DNA from: Thermoanaerobaculia bacterium
Lineage (GTDB): Bacteria > Acidobacteriota > Thermoanaerobaculia > Multivoradales > Multivoraceae
Assembly (NCBI GenBank): GCA_963664405.1
Contig: OY761158.1
Span: forward strand, 3,584,001-3,648,000
Reading direction: 5' to 3'
DNA: 64,000 bases
A model generated the notes under the pieces. The model was not told the DNA's origin. It worked only from the letters and a program-made list of their open reading frames with translations, and did not search any database. Below are positions 20,369-30,937 of the stretch, piece by piece. How positions within the stretch are numbered: position 1 is the first letter of the stretch; each line of letters opens with the position of its first letter. Both the position numbers and the translations under genes were made by a program.

Positions 20369-22867
20369 TCAGCCTGCTCGGCGAGCTCCTTGCCTTTCGA
20401 GGTCGTTGCGGTAGGACTCGACCAAGCAGCGAAGACCAACGTCCTCAGGCTCGATGGACAGCGCAGCCTGGAGCTCGACGATCGCCTCTCTCGTTCGCCC
20501 CCGCCGGAGGAGCCTTCGGGCCGCGGCCACCTTGGAATCGACCTTGTCGTCGAGTCGGCGCTGTTCGAGCCTCGTGAGTCGTTCTTCGAGCACCGCAAAG
20601 CGTTCGTCGTTGCCGAGCTCGGCGATTCTGCGCGAGAGCAGCTTCCGGGCGGTTGCGATGTCGCTATGTTCGATAGCCTCTTCGATGGAGAGAATCGCGT
20701 TTTGGGTGGCAGTTCGCCGCTTCTGCTCAGCCGCTTCCTTGAGACGACAGCTCTTGAGCAGGTCTCGGGTCTCGGGGCGCTTGCGCAGCGCCGGAGTCTT
20801 TTCGAGCAAGCCGATGGCTTCTTCGAGTTTTTCCTCGTCGGCCAGGGCTTTCGCCTCCTGCAACAAGGCTTCGAGCTGACGGTTCTGCTGTGCCTCGTCG
20901 AGGGACCGGCGCGCCTCTCCTAGGGCCGACTCGTCGCCAAACAGCTTTTCGGCGTGTGCAAGCTGTTTTTGGGCGGCATCTAGACTGCCCTGCTCGAGCA
21001 GGCGTTGGATGCCGACTACAGCTTCTTCGAGAGCCTCGAGGCGCCTGTGTTCCTCCCGTTTTTGCGCGAGGGCGCTGCGGTACTCGTCCCAGAGCCGCAG
21101 TGCTTCGGGGTGCTCCGGTTGCACCCGGAGCGCCTCCGCGGACTCTGCTTCCGCGCTCTCCCAGTCCCCGGATTCGGCCTGCGCTGCCGCGGCGGCCAAG
21201 AGCTTTTGGATCTGCGCGTCGCGCTCGCGTGCAGCGAGCTCTTCTCGTTTATCGACGACGCGTTGCTCGACTTTCGTGAACGCCGCATTGTCACCCTGCT
21301 GTTGACGGTACACATCGAGGAGCCTTTGGGCAGCTGTAACGTTCTCACGGGCCAGCTCTACCTCGACGAAGGCAACAGAGTCCTGGATCGCCCGTCTCTG
21401 TAGCTGGTCGGCCAACTCCTGTTGGTAGGTCTCGAGCAGACCTTTCGTCGCTGGGTCGTCGGGTCGCGCACTGAGAACCGTTTCGAGCTTATCGATTGCA
21501 GCAGGAAGATCGGTGGCGGCGAGCAGGGCAGCTTCCGCCGCCAGCTCTGTCTCCTTTTGGTGTTTGCCCGCTGCTTCGATCGTGGCCTGCTCGAGCTTGC
21601 TCTCGACCGTCGCCAGCATGTTGCGAGCGAGAGTGTCATCGGGCTGCATCGAAAGGACTCGGTGCAGCCGCTTCTGCGCCTCTTCGAGCTCGCCGTTGCG
21701 AAGACGCTGCTCGGCCTCGGCGATCAGGGTCGCGACCAGGCCGCTGGAGTTGTCTATTACGAGGGTCAGGTGCGGGTTGTGGCCTGAGTCCTCGTCGCGC
21801 TGGACGGGGTTGTTCGCTACCGGCGGTGGGGTATCGGAGTCGGCCTTGATCTCCCCCGAGCCCCCCTCCGGATCGGCCGGAAGCCGAGTGTCAACAGCCC
21901 TACTGAGGGCATCGTCGAGATCCTGCTTAGGGCTGACCTCCCCCTCCCCCGTCCCGATCATCTCGAGCAACTCCTCAGCCGAAGCCGGCCGCTTTTCCGG
22001 ATCCTTCTCGAGTGTCCTCAGGATGGCCTCGCGCAGATTCTCTGCAACCCTGCCATCGGGGTCAGTGGTGGCGAAGTCGAGCGGCTGGGCGAAGCGGTGT
22101 GCCCACATGAACTCGCTGGTCTTGGCTCCGCTCAGAGGGAAAGTACCCGTGAGCAGCTCGTAGAGGAGCAGCCCGAATGAGTAGAGATCGGTGGCGGGTC
22201 CGGGAGAGGAGTCTGCTCCCGACCACTGCTCAGGCGCGGAGTACTTGATTTTGCCGAGAAAGGCTCCGCTACCGGTGAGCTCGTGGTGAGAGTCGTCCAA
22301 GTGCTTGACGATGCCCAGGTCGATGAGCTTGATCACCGGCTTGCTATCGGCGTCGCGGGCCACCATTACGTTCTCTGGACTGATGTCTCGATGTACGTAG
22401 CCGTGGCGATGGAGGAAACCGAGGCCGCTGAGCGCCTGGCGCGCTATCTCCATGCACAGACTGACGCTCGGGAGTCGTTCGGTGGCGAGAATCTCTCGGA
22501 CCGTGACTCCCTCGATGTACTCCATCACCATGTAGGCGACATTGCGGTGGTCAACGGAGTAGTCGTGAAGGCGAACGATATTGGGGTGCTCCAGCAGAGT
22601 GACGGCCCGCGCCTCACGGAGGAATCGCCTCTGGGTCGGTTCGTCATCGGAGAATTGCGGGCGGATCGTCTTGATGATGCGAATGACATCGAGTTGGCGA
22701 TGCTTAACCAAATAGAGGGCGCCCATGCCGCCTTCCTTGATCGGGCGGAGAAGCTCGTACTTGTCCTCTATCTCTTGGGATAGTGGCTGCGTCGCCTCTT
22801 GGGATAGTGGCTGCGTCGCCCGCTCTTGGGCTTCGAGGCGTCGGATGGAAGAGTCGCTTTCGGACAT
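20369..22867 (-). CDS. Hanks-type Ser/Thr kinase with C-terminal TPR/coiled-coil region
   Basis: 'EGGMG', 'IIK', 'HRDISPEN', 'DLGI', 'YSAPEQ', 'DLYSFG'; start at ATG 22867. Confidence 0.92.
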   Translation of the reverse strand: MSESDSSIRRLEAQERATQPLSQEATQPLSQEIEDKYELLRPIKEGGMGALYLVKHRQLDVIRIIKTIRPQFSDDEPTQRRFLREARAVTLLEHPNIVRLHDYSVDHRNVAYMVMEYIEGVTVREILATERLPSVSLCMEIARQALSGLGFLHRHGYVHRDISPENVMVARDADSKPVIKLIDLGIVKHLDDSHHELTGSGAFLGKIKYSAPEQWSGADSSPGPATDLYSFGLLLYELLTGTFPLSGAKTSEFMWAHRFAQPLDFATTDPDGRVAENLREAILRTLEKDPEKRPASAEELLEMIGTGEGEVSPKQDLDDALSRAVDTRLPADPEGGSGEIKADSDTPPPVANNPVQRDEDSGHNPHLTLVIDNSSGLVATLIAEAEQRLRNGELEEAQKRLHRVLSMQPDDTLARNMLATVESKLEQATIEAAGKHQKETELAAEAALLAATDLPAAIDKLETVLSARPDDPATKGLLETYQQELADQLQRRAIQDSVAFVEVELARENVTAAQRLLDVYRQQQGDNAAFTKVEQRVVDKREELAARERDAQIQKLLAAAAAQAESGDWESAEAESAEALRVQPEHPEALRLWDEYRSALAQKREEHRRLEALEEAVVGIQRLLEQGSLDAAQKQLAHAEKLFGDESALGEARRSLDEAQQNRQLEALLQEAKALADEEKLEEAIGLLEKTPALRKRPETRDLLKSCRLKEAAEQKRRTATQNAILSIEEAIEHSDIATARKLLSRRIAELGNDERFAVLEERLTRLEQRRLDDKVDSKVAAARRLLRRGRTREAIVELQAALSIEPEDVGLRCLVESYRNDLERQGARRAG
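22772..22819. repeat. 24-bp in-frame tandem duplication (ATQPLSQE x2)
   Basis: CTCTTGGGATAGTGGCTGCGTCGC occurs twice in tandem. Confidence 0.9.
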
Positions 22868-22974
22868 ATCGAGCCTTAGTTGCCACGGCACCGCTGCCGC
22901 GGGGGATCGATAAGGATACCACGATAGCCATGTTGCGATACGCGCAAAGGCTATTATCGTCGCCGACTAAAAGG

Positions 22975-25034
22975 CTACTGAAGCTCGATCGGAGCCTCGG
23001 CGCGGAGCCGAAGCTCGAGCCCTCTACCTATGTCGAGCAGCCTTAGACGGTTGCCGGCACTATCGAAGAACCAGGCCCCTTCGGTGGCGCCGTTGGCAGC
23101 GACCAGGGGAACGAAAGTCCAGACTCGAGTGAGCTCGCTCTGTTGCGCACGAAAGAGAGTACCGGTGGCTCGGGCCGGCAGCTCTTGTGTGTTTGTGTCG
23201 ACTCGCTCGAGGATGGCCGCCGTGCCGTTAACGGAATCGACGACCAGAACGTTTCTCGTGGCGCCGGACCCGTTCTGGACCGGCACGGCTAGAAAGCGTT
23301 GTCCAACGACAGACCCCGCGTCTCTGGGAAAGACGCTGAAGAGATTGTAGGGCTGTTTCTTTGCTTCTGACAGATGGCCGCTCTCGGCAACTTCGATACG
23401 GTGCACGTCGCCCGAGCCTCCGTCCAGGACCATGAAGGCGACGGTCGCACCATTCGCTGCCTGTAACTCGACCGTTGCAACCGGGCCTTCCAGGGTTGGC
23501 AGGCCGTTCAGAGAGATCGGCGGCGGCAGAGTCGAGCTCTTGTTGATGCCGGGAAAGCGAAGGCCCTGACCGGTGCTGGCACTGTAAAGGTAGGCGTCTT
23601 GCGTTGCGCCCGTGCCGCTACGCCGCATCAGGAGGGTGAAGCGAGGATCGTCGCCGGCGACCGGAGCTGCGGGTAGTCCGGTGAAGCGACGGAACGAGAT
23701 ATTCCGTGCTGGGCCCCCGAGCTCGGTGAACATGCCGGACGCCCCGGAGGTGGTGTCGAAGACGAGGACTGCCTCGACCTGCCCGCTCTTTGCCCGAATC
23801 TCACCGCTGACAATCTCGCCCGAAAGCGCTGGGACTCCGGCTTCCCTCCCCAGGCTGGTTAGGAGGTTCGTGCTGAGGGCCGTATATTCGTAGGGCTGCT
23901 TCGTCAAGTCGCGTTTGAGCTTTTCTACGAGTGCGACGCTTCCCGTCTTGAGGCTCGCCAAGAGGAAAGCCCCGGTGGATTCGTCGTCGCTGTAGATCGG
24001 GCTGGCGAGGAAGGGTGCGAGCGCGGTGCGAACCCTGGCGACCTCCGCTAGGTCCAGCTCTCTCAATCTCTGGGCTTGCTGATCCGCGGGCCAGTTCGCC
24101 AAGTGCTCCTCCCATAGGCTACGTACGGAAGATTGATTGCCTCTTGCGATTGCCGTTCGTGTGGCCTTGCTGGTAGCGATGCGGCGCTGCTCCACCATCG
24201 CGGAGAGCGCATCTTTCTCGCCTGTCTCGGCTCTTGGGTCTTCGGGCCAATCCTTCCGATAGGCTTCCCACAGCTCCGCAAAGGTCTCTGATTGACCTCT
24301 CTCTGCCGCCCTCAGGGCTCCCTCCTGAGTCCGTTTCCAGGCGTCTTCCCGGACTCAGAGGGCCAGTTCGTGGTCCCCGGCCGTACCTCCAGCATCTTGC
24401 GAGCGTAGAAGACCTGCTGAGTTAGGTCACTTTCCTTGATGCCGTTGCGGATGCCGGTCTCCCAATAGGCGACGTTGCCCTCATTGCTGGCGCGGAAATT
24501 CTCTTCCTCCAGTCGCGTCTGGGCGTCGTCGAGGGCCCTCTTGGCCATCAAGTCCTCAGGGTCGAGCATCAGCAGTCGCTCGAATGTGGCCACGGCACTT
24601 TCCCAATCCCCCTGATCGAGCTGGTCGGAGCCCTTTTGGAGGAGGAGAAGCGGATCGTCGTCCCGAGCCGCGTTCTCGGAGAGCTCGACGTAGAAACCGA
24701 TCTCGACTCTGTCCGCGCTGCCACGTACGAAGCGGGCCCAAGAGATGTCGGGTCCTACGGTGGTGATCTCGAAAGTCGCCGGACAGCCCTTTCTGGTCTG
24801 GTCACCCACAGTCAGCTCGGTGCAGACGCTTCCCGTCATTCCTTCTTCCAGGCCTGCGTTGCTACCGGCATCGAGGCCGAAGCCGTTATCGGTGACGTCG
24901 GTTACCAAGACCACCTGCTCAGCGTTGGCAGCGAGTGCCGCGAGCATGATCACGCCGCAGGTGGCGCGGAGGCCGCGACTCCGTAGAAGCAAAGAGAACC
25001 GGCCTCCGAAGGTGAGGAGGGACTTCGCGGTCAC
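22975..25034 (-). pseudogene. Secreted TPR-containing protein split by a frameshift and a nonsense codon
   Basis: ORFs 24312-25034 and 22975-24198 join if one G is added at 24375-24378 and the TGA at 24355-24357 is read through. Confidence 0.7.
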
Positions 25035-26914
25035 GAGAGATTCGACTCTGTCGCCGTTGTTGGTCCGTGCAATCGGGAGCTCATCTCTCTTCGCTGCGAC
25101 AATAAGGCTTCTCGAACTTCGTCGATCGCCTGATGCGCGGCAGCATGCCGCCGAGCCGGGTCGCGCGGGAGAAGTCCGCCGAGAATCTCGGCAATCGGTG
25201 CTGAAACATAGTCCGTCGAGGTCGCGAAGTCGCCACCTGCAGCCTCGCGCAGTTGCGGGAGCTGGCCGGTGACAGCCTCGACAAAGAGTACGCCAAGCGA
25301 GAAGAGGTCCGACGCGGGGCTTGGAGAGTGCCCTTCGAGCACCTCGGGAGCGGTATAGGGAAGGCCCCTTGAGGCGGTGGCCGGGTTGCCTTCGATGCCG
25401 TAGTCCAGAAGCTTGAGATCTTGAATCGGGCCCAGCTTGTCGAAGGTGACCTGGACCGTTTCAGGCTGTAGGTGTCGGTGGACAACGGGAGGCGATAGAG
25501 AGTGCGCATAGTCGAGGGCGTGAAGGATGGGCAGGATGACCTGGCCAAGAGCTTCGACCTCTGGGAGCGAACCGAATTGCTCAAGGTACTGGCGCAGTGT
25601 CAGGCCCTCACGGCGATCGGTGATGTAGTAGGGGCGCTGAAATTTGGCTTCGACTCCTTCGTCGTACACGGGCGAGATGTAGCGGTTGTTCAGCCGCCTG
25701 CTCTGGTTGGCATCGTGCAGGAAGCGTTCGACCGCCTGAGGGTCGGGGACAGTGGCTGGCGGCGGGAGCTTGACAACATAGGGGCCACCCTCACCTTCGA
25801 CCGGCTCCACCAGGTAGCTCTCACTGCCCTGGGCATCGTCGGCGCGCTCGAGGAGGCGGTAGTTCGGGATTTGGAGTAGCCCAGCGCTCTCCTCGGCTGC
25901 TGAAGAATCCTGGCCGATGGAATCTTTTCGAGATACTTCAGTCTTGGGGAGTCGCCGTCGCCACCGCAGAATCGCGAGAACCAGGGCCAGAACCACCGCA
26001 CCGAGCGCACCGAGAGCCCACGCCGGCAGCCCCGCTTCTTGGGGTGAGAGTGCGCCCCCTCGGTTTGGCGAGATCTTGTCTCCTTGGATGGACTCCGCCG
26101 CAACGCTCGAATCGGTTGGATCCGGGTGCGGCCGAGGCGGCGCCGGGAGGTCGATTGCCTGTTGTGCCGGCTGCGCGGGGTACTCCTCCGGGAGCGAGGG
26201 GACCACGACTGGCGGTTCGGCCGGGATGGCATGGTTTTCGATCTGCTTGTGGGCGCCGGCGTCCTCCTCCAGCTCCTCCTCCGTCAAGCTGTTTGGTGGA
26301 AGCTCCGCGGCGCTCTCGATCGGAGGAGTCTCGATAGCCTCAGGCTTGGGCACCCGGCGAGGCTCGATTCGCTCCAGGATGAGGGGAGGGAGAAAGTCGA
26401 TTCCTGGTTCGGTCCGGAAGATCTCGGCAATGGTTCGGTAGCCGTCCTTACGGGCTTCGATGCGGAAATCGCGACCCTCGACGAGGGGAAGCTCGATCCG
26501 TCCGAGGGAGTCGGTCCGCCCCTCATAGAGGCGGTCGACGTAGACGCGGGCCCCAGCCACCTCGGTCTCCAAGATGTAGCCCTTGGTTTGCGCTCCGAGG
26601 TCACTTTCGCCCACCAGGATGAAGTGCAGGGAGACCCCGCTCTCGAAGTGACGAGAGGCGTGCATGGTCTTGCCTTGCTTCTGCAGGCTGACGACGTGTG
26701 AGCCCGGCTCGATATCGACGGCGACGCGGCCCGCGAAGTCGGTGATGCCGACGACGAGATCGCCGATTCGAACCTCGACGTCTTCGATCTGCGGTGTGAG
26801 CTCGATTACAAAAACCTCTGCATCCAGTCCGCTTGCCGACAGGCAGGCGAGGGCGCTGCAGCCAAGCCACCGAGCGAAGAGGCGTCGATTCGTCGAAGAG
26901 CTTCTGGAGATCAT
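25031..26914 (-). CDS. PEGA-domain, single-TM, C-terminal kinase-like (pseudokinase) protein
   Basis: Signal peptide, two PEGA-like repeats, Pro-rich linker, TM followed by RRRR, kinase fold with HRHL in place of HRD, 'DYG', 'YTAPE', 'DLFSLG'; start approximate. Confidence 0.8.
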   Translation of the reverse strand: MISRSSSTNRRLFARWLGCSALACLSASGLDAEVFVIELTPQIEDVEVRIGDLVVGITDFAGRVAVDIEPGSHVVSLQKQGKTMHASRHFESGVSLHFILVGESDLGAQTKGYILETEVAGARVYVDRLYEGRTDSLGRIELPLVEGRDFRIEARKDGYRTIAEIFRTEPGIDFLPPLILERIEPRRVPKPEAIETPPIESAAELPPNSLTEEELEEDAGAHKQIENHAIPAEPPVVVPSLPEEYPAQPAQQAIDLPAPPRPHPDPTDSSVAAESIQGDKISPNRGGALSPQEAGLPAWALGALGAVVLALVLAILRWRRRLPKTEVSRKDSIGQDSSAAEESAGLLQIPNYRLLERADDAQGSESYLVEPVEGEGGPYVVKLPPPATVPDPQAVERFLHDANQSRRLNNRYISPVYDEGVEAKFQRPYYITDRREGLTLRQYLEQFGSLPEVEALGQVILPILHALDYAHSLSPPVVHRHLQPETVQVTFDKLGPIQDLKLLDYGIEGNPATASRGLPYTAPEVLEGHSPSPASDLFSLGVLFVEAVTGQLPQLREAAGGDFATSTDYVSAPIAEILGGLLPRDPARRHAAAHQAIDEVREALLSQRREMSSRLHGPTTATESNLS

Positions 26915-27060
26915 GTTGGCACGAGAGTCGGTAGGCTTCTTCGACGAGGGTGCCAAACGAAGCCGAACAAATAAAGCGACTTAGAAGGGTATCATGCGCG
27001 GGCCGATGCGAGTCCCGGCGGCCTGTGCGAGGGCCCTTCACCCGGTCGGTCCCCCAAGCT

Positions 27061-28140
27061 ATGAATAGGCGCAAGAGCCGGATCGAAGAGCGCTTGGTCG
27101 AGCGGACTCGGCAAGACGGTCCGCTTACTTTTGCCGAGGTAATGGAGGAGGCGCTGTACGGTGAGGGAGGCTACTATGCCGGAAGCTCGACTCCCATCGG
27201 CATCGATGGCGATTTCGTCACCGGCTCGAGCTTTTCTCCACTCTTCGGCAGGTCGACGGCTAGGGTGCTTGCCCGTCTTGGCAGGGCGCTGGGGGCCCCG
27301 GCCGACTATCTCGAAGTCGGGCAAGGTAGCGGCGAACATCTCACGAACGTTGCCGAAGCGACTGCCGCGTTGCCTTCGGGTCGGATCTTGGCCTGCGATC
27401 GGGTGCCCCGGCCCGCACCTGGGAACGTCGAGCAGATCGACGATCTCGGTTCATTGGCGAAGGGCGAGCTCAGTGGACTCGTCTTCTCCTACGAGCTCTT
27501 TGACGCTCAGCCGATCCACCGATTGGTGGGGCGGGCGGGAGGACTCGGTGAGGTCTGGGTGAGTGCCGACCCAGAAGGCCGACTTCGCTTCGAGGAAGGG
27601 GATCTTTCGGACCCGGAGCTGGCGTCGCTGCTCAGCGGCGCGAGCCTCGAGCCGGGGCAAATTGCCGACTTGAGCCCCGACTGGCGCCCCCTCTATCGCG
27701 CTCTGGTTGCTCCTTTAGCGCGGGGTCTGGTCGTGACCTGCGACTATGGCTTCGAGCGTTCAGCGCTGCTCGATTCGAGGATCCGGCGACTCGGCACGCT
27801 CGCCTGCTATCGCGAGCAGCGGGTGCACCGGGACCCCCTGCGTGCGCTTGGCGAAGACGATCTCACGGCCCACGTCGACTTCACGGCGTTGCGCGAGACC
27901 GGAGAGGAGCTCGGTCTCGAGACAGTGACTCTTACCCGCCAGGCTCGCTGGCTCCTGGCGGCGGGGCTCTTCGAGGATCTCGAGGGCGCGGATGCGGCGC
28001 TGCGCAACCAGGCGATGACTCTTCTCGACGGCGATGGAATGGGTGAAGAGATCCGCGTCCTGGTGCAGGCGAAGGGTGTCGACCTCGACCGCGTGCTGCC
28101 CCGTGAGATACTCGGTGAAGTCGGTTACGAATCGCCTTGA
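27061..28140 (+). CDS. NDUFAF7/MidA-family SAM-dependent methyltransferase
   Basis: 'MEEALYG..GYY', 'GDFVT', 'ELFDAQP', 'DYG', 'DLTAHVDF'; start at ATG 27061. Confidence 0.88.
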   Translation: MNRRKSRIEERLVERTRQDGPLTFAEVMEEALYGEGGYYAGSSTPIGIDGDFVTGSSFSPLFGRSTARVLARLGRALGAPADYLEVGQGSGEHLTNVAEATAALPSGRILACDRVPRPAPGNVEQIDDLGSLAKGELSGLVFSYELFDAQPIHRLVGRAGGLGEVWVSADPEGRLRFEEGDLSDPELASLLSGASLEPGQIADLSPDWRPLYRALVAPLARGLVVTCDYGFERSALLDSRIRRLGTLACYREQRVHRDPLRALGEDDLTAHVDFTALRETGEELGLETVTLTRQARWLLAAGLFEDLEGADAALRNQAMTLLDGDGMGEEIRVLVQAKGVDLDRVLPREILGEVGYESP

Positions 28141-28203
28141 CTCGCGACTCCGAGAGGGTAGAATATCGCCGCCGTACGGGCCCTGGAGGGCGGCCCCGCG
28201 TCC

Positions 28204-28560
28204 ATGCAACACTATCTGCCTATTCTTGTCTTCACTCTTGTCGTCGTGGGCTTCCTCATTGGCATGCTCCTGGTGGCGAAAGTGCTTCGCCATAACAGCA
28301 CCGGGCGGGTCAACCGTGACCCTTATGAGTGCGGCAACGAGCCGGAGAGTCTGGCGCTCCAGCACCGCTTTTCGATTCGTTATTACCTGATCGCTGTGCT
28401 CTTCGTGGTGTTTGATGTGGAGACGGTCTTTCTCTATCCGTGGGCCGTGATGTTCGATGAGCTCGCCCTCTTCGGCTTTATCGAAATGACGGTCTTCTTG
28501 CTCATCCTCGTCGTCGGCTATGCCTACGTATGGAAGAGAGGGGCGCTGGAATGGGCCTGA
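28204..28560 (+). CDS. nuoA: NADH-quinone oxidoreductase subunit A
   Basis: 'PYECG', '[12 protein letters not shown]', 'GALEW'. Confidence 0.96.
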   Translation: MQHYLPILVFTLVVVGFLIGMLLVAKVLRHNSTGRVNRDPYECGNEPESLALQHRFSIRYYLIAVLFVVFDVETVFLYPWAVMFDELALFGFIEMTVFLLILVVGYAYVWKRGALEWA

Positions 28561-29054
28561 GCGAAGCGTCTGAGGCCAACATCCTGACGACGACCTACGA
28601 CAAGGTCTTCAATTGGGCGCGCCGCTCCGCGGTGTGGCCGATGCAATTCGGACTCGCCTGCTGCGCGATCGAGATGATGGCGGTTATCGATCCGCGTCAC
28701 GATATGTCCCGCTTCGGAGCCGAGGTGTTCCGAGCGAGCCCGCGCCAGAGCGATCTGATGCTGGTTGCGGGTACCGTCACCGAGAAGATGGCGCCCATCA
28801 TCCGTCGTCTGTGGGATCAGATGCCGGACCCGAAGTGGTGTCTGGCGATGGGCGCCTGCGCCACTTGTGGTGGTCCGTACCGGACCTATGCGGTGACCCA
28901 AGGTGTGGATCGGATCGTACCGGTGGATGTCTACGTCCCTGGGTGTCCGCCGCGCCCCGAGGCACTGCTGTGGGGGCTGATGCACCTTCAACGCAAGATC
29001 GACCGCATGACGATTCGCAATCCCGCCCAACCGACGTCGCGGGTCGTTGCCTAG
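28551..29054 (+). CDS. nuoB: NADH-quinone oxidoreductase subunit B
   Basis: 'GLACCAIEM', 'RASPRQSD', 'PGCPPRPE'. Confidence 0.96.
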   Translation: MGLSEASEANILTTTYDKVFNWARRSAVWPMQFGLACCAIEMMAVIDPRHDMSRFGAEVFRASPRQSDLMLVAGTVTEKMAPIIRRLWDQMPDPKWCLAMGACATCGGPYRTYAVTQGVDRIVPVDVYVPGCPPRPEALLWGLMHLQRKIDRMTIRNPAQPTSRVVA

Positions 29055-29066
29055 GGCTCCGGTTCG

Positions 29067-29807
29067 ATGAGCGAGAAAGATCCCGAAGAGGCTGCGAAGC
29101 CGGCCGCCGAGGCCGGGGCCGAGAAGGGGGTCGAAGCAAAGCCCCCTTGGTTGGAGAATCCGGTGGTTCCGGAGTGGATCGATGCCGGCGAAGACGAGCT
29201 GGTACTGGCACTGCGAGACTCTTGCCCTGATGCCGTCTCCAGCGCCCACAGTCTCGAGGGAGACCTCTCTTTGGTGGTGACCCGCGAAGGCGCGCTCGCG
29301 GTGGCGTCGAGCCTCAAGGAGGATCTCGGCTTTCGCTATTTCGTAGACGCCGCCGGGGCTGACTATCCGGACCGCGAAGAGCGTTTCGAGGTTGTCTACC
29401 ACGTGTACAACATAGACACTCAGAGGCGCGTCCGTTTCAAGATCGCGACCGGCGAAGAGGTCGCGGTACCGTCTCTCACTGGCGTTTGGCGGGGTGCGAA
29501 TTGGCCGGAGCGGGAGGCCTATGACATGTACGGAATTCTCTTCGAAGGGCACCCGGATCTAACCCGAATTCTGTTGTGGGAAGGCTTCAACGGATACCCC
29601 CTGCGAAAGGAGTTCCCGGTCGAGGGTATCGACACAGGCGCCGCTATCTACCCCGAGTACTACGGTCCTGAACAAGGCCCGATCTCCGGCGTCGGCACCG
29701 GTTGGATGGTTCCAAAGCCGCCGGAGCCTGTCGTCGAAGCGGCCGAGAGCGACGAGGTTGGCGCCGGTGAAGGCGAGGGAGAAGGAGAAGGAGAGTCGTC
29801 GGCTTGA
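29067..29807 (+). CDS. nuoC: NADH-quinone oxidoreductase subunit C
   Basis: 'ANWPEREAYDMYGI.FEGHPDL.RIL', 'YPLRKEFP'; C-terminal extension. Confidence 0.95.
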   Translation: MSEKDPEEAAKPAAEAGAEKGVEAKPPWLENPVVPEWIDAGEDELVLALRDSCPDAVSSAHSLEGDLSLVVTREGALAVASSLKEDLGFRYFVDAAGADYPDREERFEVVYHVYNIDTQRRVRFKIATGEEVAVPSLTGVWRGANWPEREAYDMYGILFEGHPDLTRILLWEGFNGYPLRKEFPVEGIDTGAAIYPEYYGPEQGPISGVGTGWMVPKPPEPVVEAAESDEVGAGEGEGEGEGESSA

Positions 29808-30937
29808 GCGAGCTTCCTGAAAAGGGCCCAGAGACCCTCTTCGATCTCAAGGAGATGGAGCTCAACTTCGGGCCCCAGCATCCTTCGACTCACGGCGTCC
29901 TTCGGCTCAAGCTGAAGGTCGACGGCGAGCGTGTGCTCGACTGCTACCCGATCATCGGGTATCTACATCGAGGCACCGAGAAGCTCTTCGAGCTGCACCC
30001 TTATTTCCAGAACGTACCCCACACCGACCGCATGGACTACGTGGCGGCGGCCACCAACAACCTTGCCTACTGCGGTGCGGTCGAGAAACTGTGCGGGCTG
30101 GTCACTCCTCCTCGCGCGCGCTATATCCGCACCATCCTCTGTGAGCTGCAGCGGATCTCGAGCCATCTGCTCTGGCTTGCCACTCACGCCATCGACATCG
30201 GCGCGATGACCCCTTTCTTCTACTGCTTTCGCGAGCGAGAGCTGATTCTGGATCTGTTCGAGGAATACTGCGGCGCCCGCCTCACCCTGAACTGCATGCG
30301 TCCGGGAGGGCAGCCTCATGACCTACCCCTAGGTTGGACCGATCGCTGCCTGGAGTTCGTAGAGAGTTTTCCGGCCCATGTCGACGAGTACGAAGGCCTG
30401 CTCACCAACAACCGGATCTGGAAGACGCGTACGATCGGCATCGGTGTGCTGCCTCCGGAGCTGGCGCTCGACTACGGCATCTCGGGTCCAATGCTGCGCG
30501 GGAGTGGCGTCGATTGGGATCTGCGTAAGGCCCGCCCTTACGAGGCTTACGACGAAGTCGAATTCGACGTGCCGCTGGGAAAGAACGGCGATACCTACGA
30601 CCGATACCTGGTACGCATGGCGGAGATGCGACAGTCGGGGCGGATCATCAAGCAGTGCATCGACAAGCTTCCCGAAGGGCCGATCATGGCCAAGAAGCCG
30701 AGAGTGCTCAAGGCGCCGAAGGATTGTGAGGTCTACTTCAGCATCGAGGGGCCGAAGGGTGAGATCGGTTTCTACATCGTAGGCGACGGCACCACGAATC
30801 CATATCGCTGTCATGTGCGCGCGCCCTCTTTCATCAATCTGCAGGCCCTGCCCGATCTGGTGAGGAACCATCTCCTTGCGGACCTGGTGGCGATCATCGG
30901 CACCACCGACATTGTGCTTGGCGAGGTGGATCGCTGA
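29804..30937 (+). CDS. nuoD: NADH-quinone oxidoreductase subunit D
   Basis: 'NFGPQHPSTHGVLR', 'GYLHRGTEK', 'GEVDR'. Confidence 0.97.
   Translation: MSELPEKGPETLFDLKEMELNFGPQHPSTHGVLRLKLKVDGERVLDCYPIIGYLHRGTEKLFELHPYFQNVPHTDRMDYVAAATNNLAYCGAVEKLCGLVTPPRARYIRTILCELQRISSHLLWLATHAIDIGAMTPFFYCFRERELILDLFEEYCGARLTLNCMRPGGQPHDLPLGWTDRCLEFVESFPAHVDEYEGLLTNNRIWKTRTIGIGVLPPELALDYGISGPMLRGSGVDWDLRKARPYEAYDEVEFDVPLGKNGDTYDRYLVRMAEMRQSGRIIKQCIDKLPEGPIMAKKPRVLKAPKDCEVYFSIEGPKGEIGFYIVGDGTTNPYRCHVRAPSFINLQALPDLVRNHLLADLVAIIGTTDIVLGEVDR

Noticed and set aside
24355-24357. In-frame TGA as selenocysteine
   Set aside because: No redox motif context, and a separate frameshift is still needed.
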